A stretch of 39,255 bases of DNA, from positions 1-39,255 of the IMG/VR virus record IMGVR_UViG_3300024286_000011; one strand, given 5' to 3'. Under the pieces are notes generated by a model. That model was not told the DNA's origin. It ran no database searches and saw only the letters and a list, made by a program, of their open reading frames with translations. How positions within the stretch are numbered: position 1 is the first letter of the stretch; the number at the start of each line of letters is the position of its first letter. This stretch comes from a virus. Its lineage: Duplodnaviria > Caudoviricetes. The position numbers were made by a program, and so were the translations under genes. Below are positions 8,952-18,578 of the stretch, piece by piece.

Positions 8952-10309
8952 TGTGAGAGCCGCCTATTTAATTCGTTTTGTGCCAACTTGTCTCCAAATC
9001 TCGCCAACGTCTTTAGCTTTTCTGTTGAAACTTGAGTGAAATCACCCGCTCGCTTCAAATCCGCCGCGCTTGGCTCTTCGCCCGGTACTGCAATCTTCTT
9101 CATGCGCGAAATCAAATCTTGCGGGTCCGAAGAAACATTGCTCCGCGTCGTGCCTTGTTCTGGTGCTGCTGTTGGGTCGAGCGGACTGACGCGAGGCTGG
9201 AATGGGTCGCCGCGAAGATTCGGCGGCAATCTGGTGGGCAACTTAGAGAATAGGCCGGGATTCTCAGGGCTGCCGAGTTCCGGCTGAACTGGTGTGGCCG
9301 ATACTTCAGGGATTGTCGGAGAAAACGGGTCGCTGCGCAAGTTCTTTGGCAAGCGTGGCGATAACTTACTCATTGGTCCGGGAAAGTCAGGACTACCAAA
9401 AACATCCATGTGTGAAGGCGATTCCCATTCCGGGACCGTTTCTCCACTTGGTGGCGTGAATGGGTCGCCGTGATATTGCGGAGGCAGTCTATTTGGTAGT
9501 TTTGAGAACGGGCCGGGATTCTCTGGACTGCCAAGTTCTGGCGGAACGGGTGTTGCTTCGACCATCGGAGGAGCAAATGGGTCGCCACGCATTGCTGCTG
9601 GCAACCGCGTAGACAGTTTGCTCATTGGCCCTGGAAAATCAGGGCTTCCATATATGTTTGTATGTTGCGGCGATTCCCATGTCGGAGGCTCTACAGCAGG
9701 CGGCGGGAATAACGCGGAAGCTCCAGCCTTCACTAATTTCCCTGGTATGGTTGTTGGATGTTCCAGCGCATCTCCGATGCTGGCCAGTTTCGGATTAAGA
9801 GCGCCATCTTCATAAGCTAGTCTTGAAACACCAGACCGTAGCCCCCTGAATGCTCCAGCCCCGCCTAAACCTCCTAGCGTGCCTCCGATAAACTGTCCAT
9901 AATCTTCTGAACCTTCTGGTGCTAAAGCTCCCCCGATGGAACTGCCAATCTTTGAGCCAATGAGCGCCTTAGCTGAGGCTGCTGGGAAATAGGCCATCGA
10001 AGCGTTTGTGACCGCCGATGGATTGTTGTTTGCCCATTTGACAGCCCTGTTTTTCCTTTGCTGCAACTCTGCCTGCTGTTCTTCGTACGGAGCTGTAGCT
10101 CGTTTTTCGAGATATTGGGCTGCTTGCATCCGTGAATTTGCTTCCATCCCTTCTCCTGTTTTAAGGTCAGGATTGGAGCGCGGCAAATCCGAATATTCTG
10201 GATGTTTCGCCAAAACGTTCTTTTCGAGCGTAGCGTCGTCCATGTCGTCATACGCTCCAGGAAACTTGGAACGAAGAAGCTGCGCTAGGGTTAGTTGCGT
10301 TACGCTCAT
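8948..10309 (-). CDS. Putative internal virion (ejection) protein with Pro-rich repeats
   Basis: 453 aa; N-terminal LRSKFPGAYDDMDDATLEKNVLAKHPEY; Gly/Ala-rich hydrophobic middle; position after the tail genes. Confidence 0.6.
   Translation of the reverse strand: MSVTQLTLAQLLRSKFPGAYDDMDDATLEKNVLAKHPEYSDLPRSNPDLKTGEGMEANSRMQAAQYLEKRATAPYEEQQAELQQRKNRAVKWANNNPSAVTNASMAYFPAASAKALIGSKIGSSIGGALAPEGSEDYGQFIGGTLGGLGGAGAFRGLRSGVSRLAYEDGALNPKLASIGDALEHPTTIPGKLVKAGASALFPPPAVEPPTWESPQHTNIYGSPDFPGPMSKLSTRLPAAMRGDPFAPPMVEATPVPPELGSPENPGPFSKLPNRLPPQYHGDPFTPPSGETVPEWESPSHMDVFGSPDFPGPMSKLSPRLPKNLRSDPFSPTIPEVSATPVQPELGSPENPGLFSKLPTRLPPNLRGDPFQPRVSPLDPTAAPEQGTTRSNVSSDPQDLISRMKKIAVPGEEPSAADLKRAGDFTQVSTEKLKTLARFGDKLAQNELNRRLSQ
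9195..9690 (-). repeat. Four-unit ABAB proline-rich coding repeat
   Basis: Four copies of GSP(DF/EN)PG(P/L)(M/F)SKLxxRLPxxx(R/H)(G/S)DPFxP, preceded alternately by WESPxH or ATPVxPEL. Confidence 0.9.
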
Positions 10310-11727
10310 CTAATCCCCAATGGGTCATTTGTCTTGGCGGTAGTTCCACTGAGCGACGGATGCGGAGTAATTTCTTCCATGCCGCGCACCACAGGCACTC
10401 TGTTTCTCAGTCGGTCGATGTTTGCCTGAAACTTCTTAGCCTGTCCAATTGCATACTTAGAATCTACTGATGCGCCGCTGGGGAGTGTCTGAAATAGAGC
10501 ATTACCCTGAATTTCGCTGGTGCGCGAGCCGCCAGTAATCTCTTTTGGAAGTCCGAGAGCCGATTCCTTTAGGGAAAGTACGGATTGAATGTAATTCTTG
10601 GTTTTATCCGATGCTCCGTTAAGCATCGTGCTTTTCACAAGGTCATTCCACATTCCTGGTTCCGCATGGGAAAGAACCTTGGAGATAATGGCTCGCTGCG
10701 TTCCTCCTTGGTCTAGTGCATCGGCAGACGAAACCACATCATTTAACTTGCTCTGCATGTCGTTCAGGACAACGGCGTGCGTTTTGGCGTCGTTCAAATC
10801 TTTGTCGGATGCCTTGATTACGTTGCTGTAGCCGGAACCCGGAGCCATTGCCTCAGACTTCGGTACTATGTGCGCCTTCCCCTGTTTGTCGTAAGCCATG
10901 ACTGGTTCCATATCATGCTCGCCAGCGCCCTGCGGAGTCGGCTTTGTGTCCTGTATGCTCTGTGCCAACTTCACCCTCGCCTCGAATGCCGTGTATGGTT
11001 TCTTTGTTCTGGGGTTAATCGTTTTAAGTAAATCCCCCATTGCCTGCTCATCAGGAGTTAAAGTCTTCGCAGCATCTGGCTTAACGTCTTGCATTGCCTG
11101 AGCGCGTTTAACGGAAGCCTCAAAATGCGTGAACGGTTTTCCAGTCATTGGATTCACTTGCTTCATCAAATCCCCAACATCCTGCTCCTCGCTAGTCGGC
11201 TTGGGCGCCATTGCAATCTCTGGTTTTTGCTCGAAATAATCAGCCTGAGCATTGTGTAAACGATTAGTGATAGCCGAAGTCTGTTGCGCACGCTCCTGAT
11301 TTATGGCGTCTTCCGTTAGGCCGTATTGCTTTGTGAGTCCTGCAATTTGCCGCTGTCTCTGGTAGTCTCCGCTGATGATACTGCCAAGTTGAGGATTCCT
11401 CTGGGACATGATTGCGCCGAGAACGTGTCTGATCGTACTGCCCACACCCCCTTCTGGAGGGTTGTAGGCTTCACTGAGCCTTGAGCTGATGTCTCTCAGT
11501 TGTGGCTGGTAAATGTCTCGCGCCACGTCGGGCTGGCCATTGGTGTTGGGATTAAAAGCAGGTGAAAGAGATACTCCGCTACGCGCATTGGCTGGAGCCG
11601 GAGCTGGTCGCATCGCATCGTCAGGAGCGGCATTCTCGTCGCCGGAGTAGGAAGATGTTCTACTCGTCCACGGGCTGAATGCTCCTGCGAAGGTCTGCGG
11701 ATTCAGAATTTTCCTGATGATCGCCAT
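10306..11727 (-). CDS. Putative internal virion (ejection/DNA transfer) protein
   Basis: 473 aa, helical, Cys-free, C-terminal NDPLGIR; internal duplicated ~45-aa unit. Confidence 0.6.
   Translation of the reverse strand: MAIIRKILNPQTFAGAFSPWTSRTSSYSGDENAAPDDAMRPAPAPANARSGVSLSPAFNPNTNGQPDVARDIYQPQLRDISSRLSEAYNPPEGGVGSTIRHVLGAIMSQRNPQLGSIISGDYQRQRQIAGLTKQYGLTEDAINQERAQQTSAITNRLHNAQADYFEQKPEIAMAPKPTSEEQDVGDLMKQVNPMTGKPFTHFEASVKRAQAMQDVKPDAAKTLTPDEQAMGDLLKTINPRTKKPYTAFEARVKLAQSIQDTKPTPQGAGEHDMEPVMAYDKQGKAHIVPKSEAMAPGSGYSNVIKASDKDLNDAKTHAVVLNDMQSKLNDVVSSADALDQGGTQRAIISKVLSHAEPGMWNDLVKSTMLNGASDKTKNYIQSVLSLKESALGLPKEITGGSRTSEIQGNALFQTLPSGASVDSKYAIGQAKKFQANIDRLRNRVPVVRGMEEITPHPSLSGTTAKTNDPLGIR
10938..11205 (-). 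repeat. Two-copy ~45-aa coding repeat
   Basis: TSEEQDVGDLMKQVNPMTGKPFTHFEA...AQAMQDVKP versus TPDEQAMGDLLKTINPRTKKPYTAFEA...AQSIQDTKP. Confidence 0.85.
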
Positions 11728-11730
11728 AGA

Positions 11731-12000
11731 TTAGATGAGAAACTTCGCAACGTTGCCCAGCCCCCCCATGAATCCGCCGCTCCCTGAAAATCCTGACAGC
11801 CCTTGCAATAGCCTGTTCCCTCCAGGCTGACCATTCTTTATGCCACCAAGAAACATCTGCCGTGCGCCTGGCCTGCCCGGTTGTTGTTGTCCGGCATCAA
11901 GCATACTGGGCATGTCTCCGTATTGCCCCATGTCGATTCCTTCCTCATCTGGGTAACCCTGTCCGGGCCGTTTCATATTCATAAATGAATTAAGCATCAT
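11731..12000 (-). CDS. Small Gly/Met/Gln-rich protein, probable minor ejection protein
   Basis: 89 aa; GGAG upstream; amphipathic Gly-rich C-terminus; operon position. Confidence 0.6.
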   Translation of the reverse strand: MMLNSFMNMKRPGQGYPDEEGIDMGQYGDMPSMLDAGQQQPGRPGARQMFLGGIKNGQPGGNRLLQGLSGFSGSGGFMGGLGNVAKFLI

Positions 12001-12014
12001 TAGGACATCTCCGG

Positions 12015-12089
12015 TGCTACAATAGGAAAAGCCCCGTTACGCTGTAAACGCAACGAGGCCAAACACAACGCCCTGATGAGGAGAGCGTC
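12015..12089 (+). promoter_or_regulatory. Extended -10 promoter and structured leader of the inserted HNH gene
   Basis: TGcTACAAT 12015-12023; imperfect hairpin 12031-12059; acgc-cct/agg-gcgt hairpin 12068-12088 covering AGGAG. Confidence 0.5.
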
Positions 12090-12623
12090 ATGCCGGAAAC
12101 AATTCTCGTTCACTTCTGTACTACCTGCAAGCAAGAAAAACCTATTTCTGAGTTTTACGAAAGCACATTGCGAGTTGGCAGCCATCGGTGCAAGGAATGC
12201 AACCGTATATATCAGCGTTTTTACCACAATGATGTTTATTACCCAAAACACAAAGACAGAAGAAGGCGCAGGGCGCGGGACAAGAAGACTTATGACAACG
12301 AAAGGAATAAGCGACCTGATGTCTTGATGAAAAGGCACGCCAGAATTTCTGTGATTCATGCCATAGAAAGAGGAGAAATGAAAAGGTCGCCGCATTGCGA
12401 AAGATGCGGAGTTATTTGCAAGACAAACGCCCATCATCACAAAGGATATGAAGATGAGAATCGCTTCGACGTGCAGTGGTTGTGTTCCCCTTGTCATTAT
12501 TTCATTCATCGTAAAAATTCCTATCTGCCGGTCAATAACCCACCCAAACCGCTACCAAATGAACCACCAAAATTAGACATAAAGGAATCACCGAAACCTG
12601 GGTGTGATTTTGTTGTCCCGTAA
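12090..12623 (+). CDS. HNH-like endonuclease with N-terminal Zn finger (antisense insertion)
   Basis: CTTCKQEKPISEFY...CKEC; CERCG...AHHHKGY...VQWLCSPCHYFIH; AGGAG RBS. Confidence 0.8.
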   Translation: MPETILVHFCTTCKQEKPISEFYESTLRVGSHRCKECNRIYQRFYHNDVYYPKHKDRRRRRARDKKTYDNERNKRPDVLMKRHARISVIHAIERGEMKRSPHCERCGVICKTNAHHHKGYEDENRFDVQWLCSPCHYFIHRKNSYLPVNNPPKPLPNEPPKLDIKESPKPGCDFVVP

Positions 12624-13123
12624 AGATTATTTGCGGCGCCAATTAACTGGTTCTGTTGACTATTTAAACTATTGAGAAAGCTACTATCGATGCCATACAA
12701 CCCTGCAATTCCCTGCAAACCCATCATTTTCCTGCGCAGCGTTTCGTCGGCAAATGACTTCTGGTTATCGAGATTCTGCTGAGCAAGGTCTCTGGCCTTG
12801 CTTCGCGTCGCTTCTCCGAGAAATGAACCAAACCCTGCTGAGTTGTTGGTACGCGCCATGCGCCGCGTGGCCGCATCCGTTGCTCCGCCGTAGGCACCTT
12901 GAATCGCTCCAAGAGTTCCTTGCTCTATCCCTGACTTTTCCTGCGGGGAATAGCCGGAATTAAGCAGACTTTGGAAACCAGGCATGAGAGAGCCAAATTC
13001 CGAGCCTCTCTGTCTTGACGTTGCTCCAGCTTGCGCACCGAGGTTTCCCGCCTGCGAGGTGATTCCCTGTTGCACGCCCTTGCGTGTTCCGAGATTTCCG
13101 AATGTGGGTCCAAGAAAACTCAT
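12521..13123 (-). CDS. Putative internal virion (ejection/pilot-like) protein
   Basis: 200 aa, G/S/Q/A-rich with a Gly-rich C-terminus; ATGA coupling; position. Confidence 0.6.
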   Translation of the reverse strand: MSFLGPTFGNLGTRKGVQQGITSQAGNLGAQAGATSRQRGSEFGSLMPGFQSLLNSGYSPQEKSGIEQGTLGAIQGAYGGATDAATRRMARTNNSAGFGSFLGEATRSKARDLAQQNLDNQKSFADETLRRKMMGLQGIAGLYGIDSSFLNSLNSQQNQLIGAANNLYGTTKSHPGFGDSFMSNFGGSFGSGLGGLLTGR

Positions 13124-13650
13124 AGTGGTGATGGCCTCGGCGGTCCTGGGAGCCTAGTTTTACCGTAACCATATCCAGGAATCTGTGATTCTCCGCTTCC
13201 CTGCGAAGGAGATGGTGCCGGACCAGGAGAAACAGTAGATAGGTTTCCTGGCGTCACTGGAGTAGGAGGATTGCCGAATACAACTCGCTCACTAAGTCCG
13301 CCTAGTTTCGTGCTCTTGTACCAACGCCAATAAGTCGTAAGCCCGGCAAGATTGCTTGTCCGGTAATTTCTGGCTGGCCCTAGCTGTATGGTATGCGCAT
13401 CAACAAAAGAGGGCACTTGCCCATATTCCAGAAAATAATCCTCGCCTGCTTTCGGATGCTTGTCGATGATTTGCACGTCTATAATCCCATTCGCTCCAGT
13501 TACGGAAATTCCACCGGCTGCAACCGGCTCAGCCCCTCCAAGCTGCGCTGTAATGACATTGATATGCTGCTGCATTTTCACGAGGTCTTCATAAACTCCT
13601 GGATGAGTCTCACGCAAAGCGACGATGTTATTGAGCGCCAGAAGTTTCAT
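13120..13650 (-). CDS. Hypothetical virion protein
   Basis: Start moved to ATG 13650 (ATGA overlap with the upstream stop); short coiled coil, beta domain, Pro-rich tail. Confidence 0.65.
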   Translation of the reverse strand: MKLLALNNIVALRETHPGVYEDLVKMQQHINVITAQLGGAEPVAAGGISVTGANGIIDVQIIDKHPKAGEDYFLEYGQVPSFVDAHTIQLGPARNYRTSNLAGLTTYWRWYKSTKLGGLSERVVFGNPPTPVTPGNLSTVSPGPAPSPSQGSGESQIPGYGYGKTRLPGPPRPSPL

Positions 13651-16544
13651 GCGTTGATTCCTCGTACTGGTGCCCAAGCCGATTCCTGCACGAACATCGT
13701 GAGGCCCTGCATACTGAAAAAAGAGTTTAGTGCCGATGCTCCGAAACGGATAGACATGCGCTCGCGTTGCTGCTGAATCTGGCGCTCCATGTTATGAAAA
13801 CCTAAAGAGTTTAAGAGCCATCCACGAACCTGCTTTTGCCATCCCTGGTCGCCTGAAAATAGATTGATATTCAAAATCCCACTACCTACGACATTGGATG
13901 TAATGTATCCGAAATTCAGGCGGACCGTATCCTGGAAATAGCCGCTTTGCCAGTAAGCGATGATCGGAGCGCCATCGTCGTTATAGATTGTTCCGGTTGT
14001 ATCAGGCTGGTAGATTTTCCCGGTTCCCGCTCCATTGCCGAGAAAAAGCTGTTCCGTACCGTCCGGCCTCAAAATCAGGTTCATGGAATTGACCCGGTAG
14101 GCCCACGGAGACCATTTACGGCCCACGCCTTCCTGCGATTCCGGCTGGCCAAATCCTTGTACATAATCGAGCGTAAGAATCTTGTTTGGCGTGGTAGACG
14201 AACCAAAAGGAGCGGCAACGTAAATTCTCTTCCGCTTTTTGTCAACCTTCACATCCACTAGATGCCCGTAAGTCCAATTGATCGAATCCCAAGTGGCCTG
14301 AATTTCTTTTGATAGCTTGTAATCCTCGGAAATCAAGCCGCCAGTGAAATACCAAAGTCCTTTCTGGTTTGCAATAACAAGCCATTCGTCGCCAAGCCCC
14401 ACGCCGCGAACCGAAGGCGTTCCCACGCTTGAAGATATTTCCTGAATCGACCAGCTTGCAGGTTCGTTCGTGCCATCATCCTGAGTCACGTACAGGCTTC
14501 TCTCTTTTACAAAATAAAGATTGTTTCTTATGACGGCACCCGCGCGAACTGCTTGTCCGTTTTCAGGCGCTACGTTCAGGAATCCGTTTACGCCGTCATA
14601 GCTGTCGGGGTCTTCTATGCGCGAAGACCGCACAATCGTCTGGTTATATGGGGAATTTGTGGGAAATATCTCGATGCAATCAACCGTAAAGGAAAATCCT
14701 GCCGGAATGGGAGTTCCGAATATCTGTAAATTCAGGTCCGAGGGAATCGAAGAAAGCGGCGCAGTAAGATTTCCCGTGAATTCTATGTAATCCGATGAGG
14801 ACATGGAAGAAGCAGGAACCACAAGCCCGGCAGTCGTGAATCCTCCTAGAATGCTTTGCAGATTGATGGTGAAGTTTCCGCTAGTCGTTCCTGGCGATTT
14901 CTTGAGCCTTACTCTGACGCTGTAATCGGTATTCGGGGAAAGAATTGTATTGCCCAAAGAGTCGTTTGCGGCCGATTGCGTCATCTTCCCCTGATTGGTT
15001 CCCGGCCCGTTGGAGATAATGGTGTAAGCGTCCCCGAAATATGCGGCAATTCCTTGATCTAATGCCGAATTACCTCCTGCGCCATTGGCGGAATCTCGCG
15101 TCCATCCTGCCGGAACGGTTCTATTGCCGGTCCATCCCCCGTCGAATGTTAAATTGTTGAAATTCTGAATCTTGTTTCGCTCTCCCCACCAGAAAAGACG
15201 GGAAGAGTATTCCGTAACGCCGGAACATTCTCCAAGCTCAATCAAGGGAAAAAGATTGTCGGCATTGACGCCATTTAGAAGCGTTGTGTCGCTGAAATCG
15301 ACCGTAGTCGTTGTAGTTGTATTGTCCTGAATGATGAAATTTCCAGTGTAGAGCTGAGCAATGTCCTGGTAGAAGAAACTTGCCCCTCCAGAGGCCGTAA
15401 AAAGCAGAATCCTTGCAACAACGTTTGGCGGTCCAGTGAGAATGTTGGTTACAAAAGCTCTCTTGCCTCCGGCAGCAGTCCATGAAGCAGCAGGCGCAGG
15501 AGCCGTGATGTACCCATTGCGCGTGACAAAAACCACGGAAATCTGATGAATCCCGGCAACCACATTCCCATTGATTGTTACCGTTCCATTGCCTGAAGCT
15601 GCAAGAGCATATTGGCCCGGAATGATTATCTGAAAAGACAGATTAGCTCCTCCAGGAGCAAGCCGCATCGACCATGTGCCGTTGTAGCCCGCAATCCCGG
15701 CACCCGCAATCGTCACGGTGGGCAAGGTTCCGACAGGCGCGGGAAAACTTAACGCTGGGATGGGAACAACATTGTAAATCGCCGTGCTGGCCGTCCCGCC
15801 ACCAGAAGAAGCAAGACCGGAAGTTGGGTTGTAGTACGTAAACGAATTGAAATCAACGCCAATGGAAAGAATCTTCCATGTTCCGTTGTAAGCTCCGACA
15901 CCTACTCCTGCTACAACCACGGAATCACCGGGCTTGCTGACCAGCAAATCAGGACTTGGATTTGGAGTTACTCTTGTGATTGTGACGATATTGCCGGTCT
16001 CTGAGGCTGTGGCGATTGTGTTCACGTTGATAGGAACTAGCCCATTGGGTGAAGCCTTTAGCGCCAAAGCACCAGCCTCATCCTGCACGGAAGGTGCAAT
16101 CCCCGGCCCTACCTGGCTTACCCTGTCAAGATTCGTGTCGTCATAAGCGCGTGGAATATCGAGGCCAAATTGCCCGTCACTGCTTGCAAGATATTCCCTG
16201 CCAAACAGCGATACTGAATTTCCATATGTTCCCGCCAGCACTTGCTGGATGAATTGCAAAGTGCCTATGGGGTTTTCCTTATAGAGATTGCCGAGAGAAT
16301 CGAGCGCCAGCATTCTCTGCGCTAGTGCAGGGGTAACGAAAGTTTTCAGATAGTTGACGGTTGGGTTTCCCGGCAACGCCGAAAATACGGAAAATGTTCC
16401 AGGACGCGTTTTAACAAGGCCCGGCAGGAATTCGACATCCTGACAATCAGGCGACATGAAGTGAGGGATATTCGTAGCATCTGTGTACGTGCACAGACCG
16501 CCGAACTCCCTCACTTTCATTGCTTGATAGCCGTTAAGCGCCAC
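13647..16544 (-). CDS. Tail nozzle/DNA-stabilisation protein (P22 gp10 / T7 gp12-like) with inserted beta domains
   Basis: 965 aa; N-terminal FGGL...SPDCQDVEF...VKTRPG; beta-propeller-like C-terminal half; two GxGxYNGTW-type inserts; position after the connector gene. Confidence 0.65.
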   Translation of the reverse strand: MALNGYQAMKVREFGGLCTYTDATNIPHFMSPDCQDVEFLPGLVKTRPGTFSVFSALPGNPTVNYLKTFVTPALAQRMLALDSLGNLYKENPIGTLQFIQQVLAGTYGNSVSLFGREYLASSDGQFGLDIPRAYDDTNLDRVSQVGPGIAPSVQDEAGALALKASPNGLVPINVNTIATASETGNIVTITRVTPNPSPDLLVSKPGDSVVVAGVGVGAYNGTWKILSIGVDFNSFTYYNPTSGLASSGGGTASTAIYNVVPIPALSFPAPVGTLPTVTIAGAGIAGYNGTWSMRLAPGGANLSFQIIIPGQYALAASGNGTVTINGNVVAGIHQISVVFVTRNGYITAPAPAASWTAAGGKRAFVTNILTGPPNVVARILLFTASGGASFFYQDIAQLYTGNFIIQDNTTTTTTVDFSDTTLLNGVNADNLFPLIELGECSGVTEYSSRLFWWGERNKIQNFNNLTFDGGWTGNRTVPAGWTRDSANGAGGNSALDQGIAAYFGDAYTIISNGPGTNQGKMTQSAANDSLGNTILSPNTDYSVRVRLKKSPGTTSGNFTINLQSILGGFTTAGLVVPASSMSSSDYIEFTGNLTAPLSSIPSDLNLQIFGTPIPAGFSFTVDCIEIFPTNSPYNQTIVRSSRIEDPDSYDGVNGFLNVAPENGQAVRAGAVIRNNLYFVKERSLYVTQDDGTNEPASWSIQEISSSVGTPSVRGVGLGDEWLVIANQKGLWYFTGGLISEDYKLSKEIQATWDSINWTYGHLVDVKVDKKRKRIYVAAPFGSSTTPNKILTLDYVQGFGQPESQEGVGRKWSPWAYRVNSMNLILRPDGTEQLFLGNGAGTGKIYQPDTTGTIYNDDGAPIIAYWQSGYFQDTVRLNFGYITSNVVGSGILNINLFSGDQGWQKQVRGWLLNSLGFHNMERQIQQQRERMSIRFGASALNSFFSMQGLTMFVQESAWAPVRGINA

Positions 16545-16546
16545 TA

Positions 16547-16891
16547 TTACCTCAGATCGAATTGTGCCGTGAAGCTAATCAAATCTCCGGTAGCCGCAGC
16601 AGGATAAGCGCCAGCAGCAAGCTCGGCAACGGCTCCAATAAAAGCCCTGATTTTTCCGTTGGCTTGTGTCGTTCCAGGCACCCACGTGTAGTTGTTGAGG
16701 GCCTGTGCTGCTGTACCAATCTGACTTTCAAACTGAACAGCAAAGGGTACAAGCGAAGATTGAATGCCGAGTCCAGCAAATGTTAAAGTGTCGCCGCCTT
16801 GAACATAGCTGCCGGATAGTGCAATCGTTCCGTAGACCCACAACTGTTTCCCATCGTATTTCTTTTTCGTGATTGTTGCTGCTGCCGCCAT
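16547..16891 (-). CDS. Small virion structural (decoration-like) protein
   Basis: 114 aa, beta-rich, GTIALSGSYVQGG; AAGGAG RBS. Confidence 0.55.
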   Translation of the reverse strand: MAAAATITKKKYDGKQLWVYGTIALSGSYVQGGDTLTFAGLGIQSSLVPFAVQFESQIGTAAQALNNYTWVPGTTQANGKIRAFIGAVAELAAGAYPAAATGDLISFTAQFDLR

Positions 16892-16936
16892 TTGCTGCTC
16901 CTTTTCCGGGTTGAGTTCACCCGTTTGTTTTTGACT

Positions 16937-17896
16937 CTACAAGATTCTATTTGTTCCCCAGTAGCGGTTTGAGCCGCGCCCGGAGTTGTTTGCCCTGCGC
17001 CTGCCCACAAGATAGTTCCTTGCGTGCGCTTGCAGATTGAGCAATTCCTTCATGTCCTCGTTGAACATGCCGAGGAAGATACTGGCGTTCTGCGAACCTC
17101 GTGCGTTCGAAGCCAGAAATGCCGTGTACGTCGCAATCGCATCCTGCGAGCCGCGAATCGTGAATTGGCCATTTCCATCTGAAATATCAGGAAAAGCCAC
17201 GAAGTAGCGAAGTCTAATGTCCATCGCATTGACGGAACCTGGAAAGAAAAGGCCGTCCTCATACCAAGCAAAGACTCCATTTCTCTGCCTTACGGAAGAA
17301 TCGGAAAAACTCGGAAGGACATTCACTTGTCCCATCGGGGCATAAGCTAGTCCCGAACCGTTAATTCTTTCCGAAAGATCGCGTGGACCTAGAAAATCGG
17401 CTGGCAATGGAGGATTGGTCGTATCAAGTAGCTGCGTCGCATTGGCAGGAAGCGTCAGAAAGACTTCCGTATTCATCGTCTTGCTGCCGTTTTCCTGCAA
17501 TCTGCTCTGCACTTTGCGATAAGCCTTGTTAGCCAGAGGAAGAAGAACGGCGTCTGTCGCCCAATCTCCTTGTACTATAGGAGAAATGATTCCGTTACCG
17601 CTCGTGACGTTAGATCCCGTGCTTGTGTAAGTGAACTGCGTCGGACTGAGAATCGCCAGAACGGTTTGCGTTCCGTTGAAGCTAATGTCCGACACGCTTT
17701 GCACCTGAATGATGCTTCCCTGCTGTAGATTGTGCGGGGAATTGGTAGTCATCGTGACGAGACTGCCCAGAGTGCGAACTGCTCCAGTAGGAGGAATCGT
17801 CACAGTGAACGGAATATCCGCATCATTCAGCATGGAGCGAGTGAGTTGAAAGACCTCGCTACCGGATGGCCAAGCGGTGGTGGCTAGTGCGGGAAT
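16937..17896 (-). CDS. Head-tail connector/adaptor protein; probable AUU start
   Basis: The frame stays open upstream of ATG 17833 to ATT at 17896-17894, which has GGAGG 6 nt upstream and overlaps the previous TAA; helical N- and C-termini around a beta core; FNGT insert. Confidence 0.6.
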   Translation of the reverse strand: MPALATTAWPSGSEVFQLTRSMLNDADIPFTVTIPPTGAVRTLGSLVTMTTNSPHNLQQGSIIQVQSVSDISFNGTQTVLAILSPTQFTYTSTGSNVTSGNGIISPIVQGDWATDAVLLPLANKAYRKVQSRLQENGSKTMNTEVFLTLPANATQLLDTTNPPLPADFLGPRDLSERINGSGLAYAPMGQVNVLPSFSDSSVRQRNGVFAWYEDGLFFPGSVNAMDIRLRYFVAFPDISDGNGQFTIRGSQDAIATYTAFLASNARGSQNASIFLGMFNEDMKELLNLQAHARNYLVGRRRANNSGRGSNRYWGTNRIL

Positions 17897-18570
17897 TATA
17901 TGCCTCCGATCGGTCCATCCAAATCCTGCTCAGGAATAGGTTCCTTTTTCGGTCGTCCGGGTCCGCGTTTGGGCGGAACATTTTCTTCTTCTTGAACAAG
18001 ACCGAAAGCCTTTGCTTTCTCGAAATCCAGAATGGCGTGACAACCCTTGCAGATAGCCACTCCAACGTTGATGGATTCTCCGCAAGCGGGACAAACCGTC
18101 ATCGGCGGAGGAGCGACAATCGCCCATTCTCTTTTGAGTCCCAGTTCATCAACGGCCATTTTGCAAATGTCGGGAATCTCTTCAATCTTCTTCGTGCGCA
18201 TGAACTCCTTGTCGCCAGCTTCAATGAGTTTTTGCAGCCACTTGATGCGTGTCTGGCGTGCGGCGGTGACTTCCGCTTCCGTGGGGATATGGTCGGGCGC
18301 ACAGGTAAAGCAGCCACGCTCTGTAAGCCGTTCATTGGCGAAGTAGTCCGCAACTACCTGCTCGTAGGAAATCGGGACAGGAATCTTCTCTGCTTCGCTT
18401 TCCGCATACGTGACGTAGATTTTTTTCACATCCATCTGGTCGTCAATCACGATGCTGGTGAAAGGTTTTTCCGGGGGACAAGCGGGGATTCTCCAGCCGA
18501 GCGTGTTGTATGTCCTTCGCGGAAGCTGAATCTGTTCCTTTGAAGTATTGCAAATCTGAATGCTTCCCAT
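17896..18570 (-). CDS. Hypothetical protein with Zn ribbon and AT-hook-like tail
   Basis: 224 aa; CPACGE...CKGCH; KRGPGRPKK; AGGAGG RBS. Confidence 0.8.
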   Translation of the reverse strand: MGSIQICNTSKEQIQLPRRTYNTLGWRIPACPPEKPFTSIVIDDQMDVKKIYVTYAESEAEKIPVPISYEQVVADYFANERLTERGCFTCAPDHIPTEAEVTAARQTRIKWLQKLIEAGDKEFMRTKKIEEIPDICKMAVDELGLKREWAIVAPPPMTVCPACGESINVGVAICKGCHAILDFEKAKAFGLVQEEENVPPKRGPGRPKKEPIPEQDLDGPIGGI

Positions 18571-18578
18571 CTTTCCTC

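Noticed and set aside
12000-12509. 169-aa hydrophobic - strand ORF
   Set aside because: Antisense shadow of the Lys/Arg-rich HNH gene, which has clear motifs and an RBS
16907-16932. CGGGT/ACCCG hairpin with a T-tract as a terminator
   Set aside because: The stem is short and the T-tract is on the + strand, opposite to the operon; too weak to call
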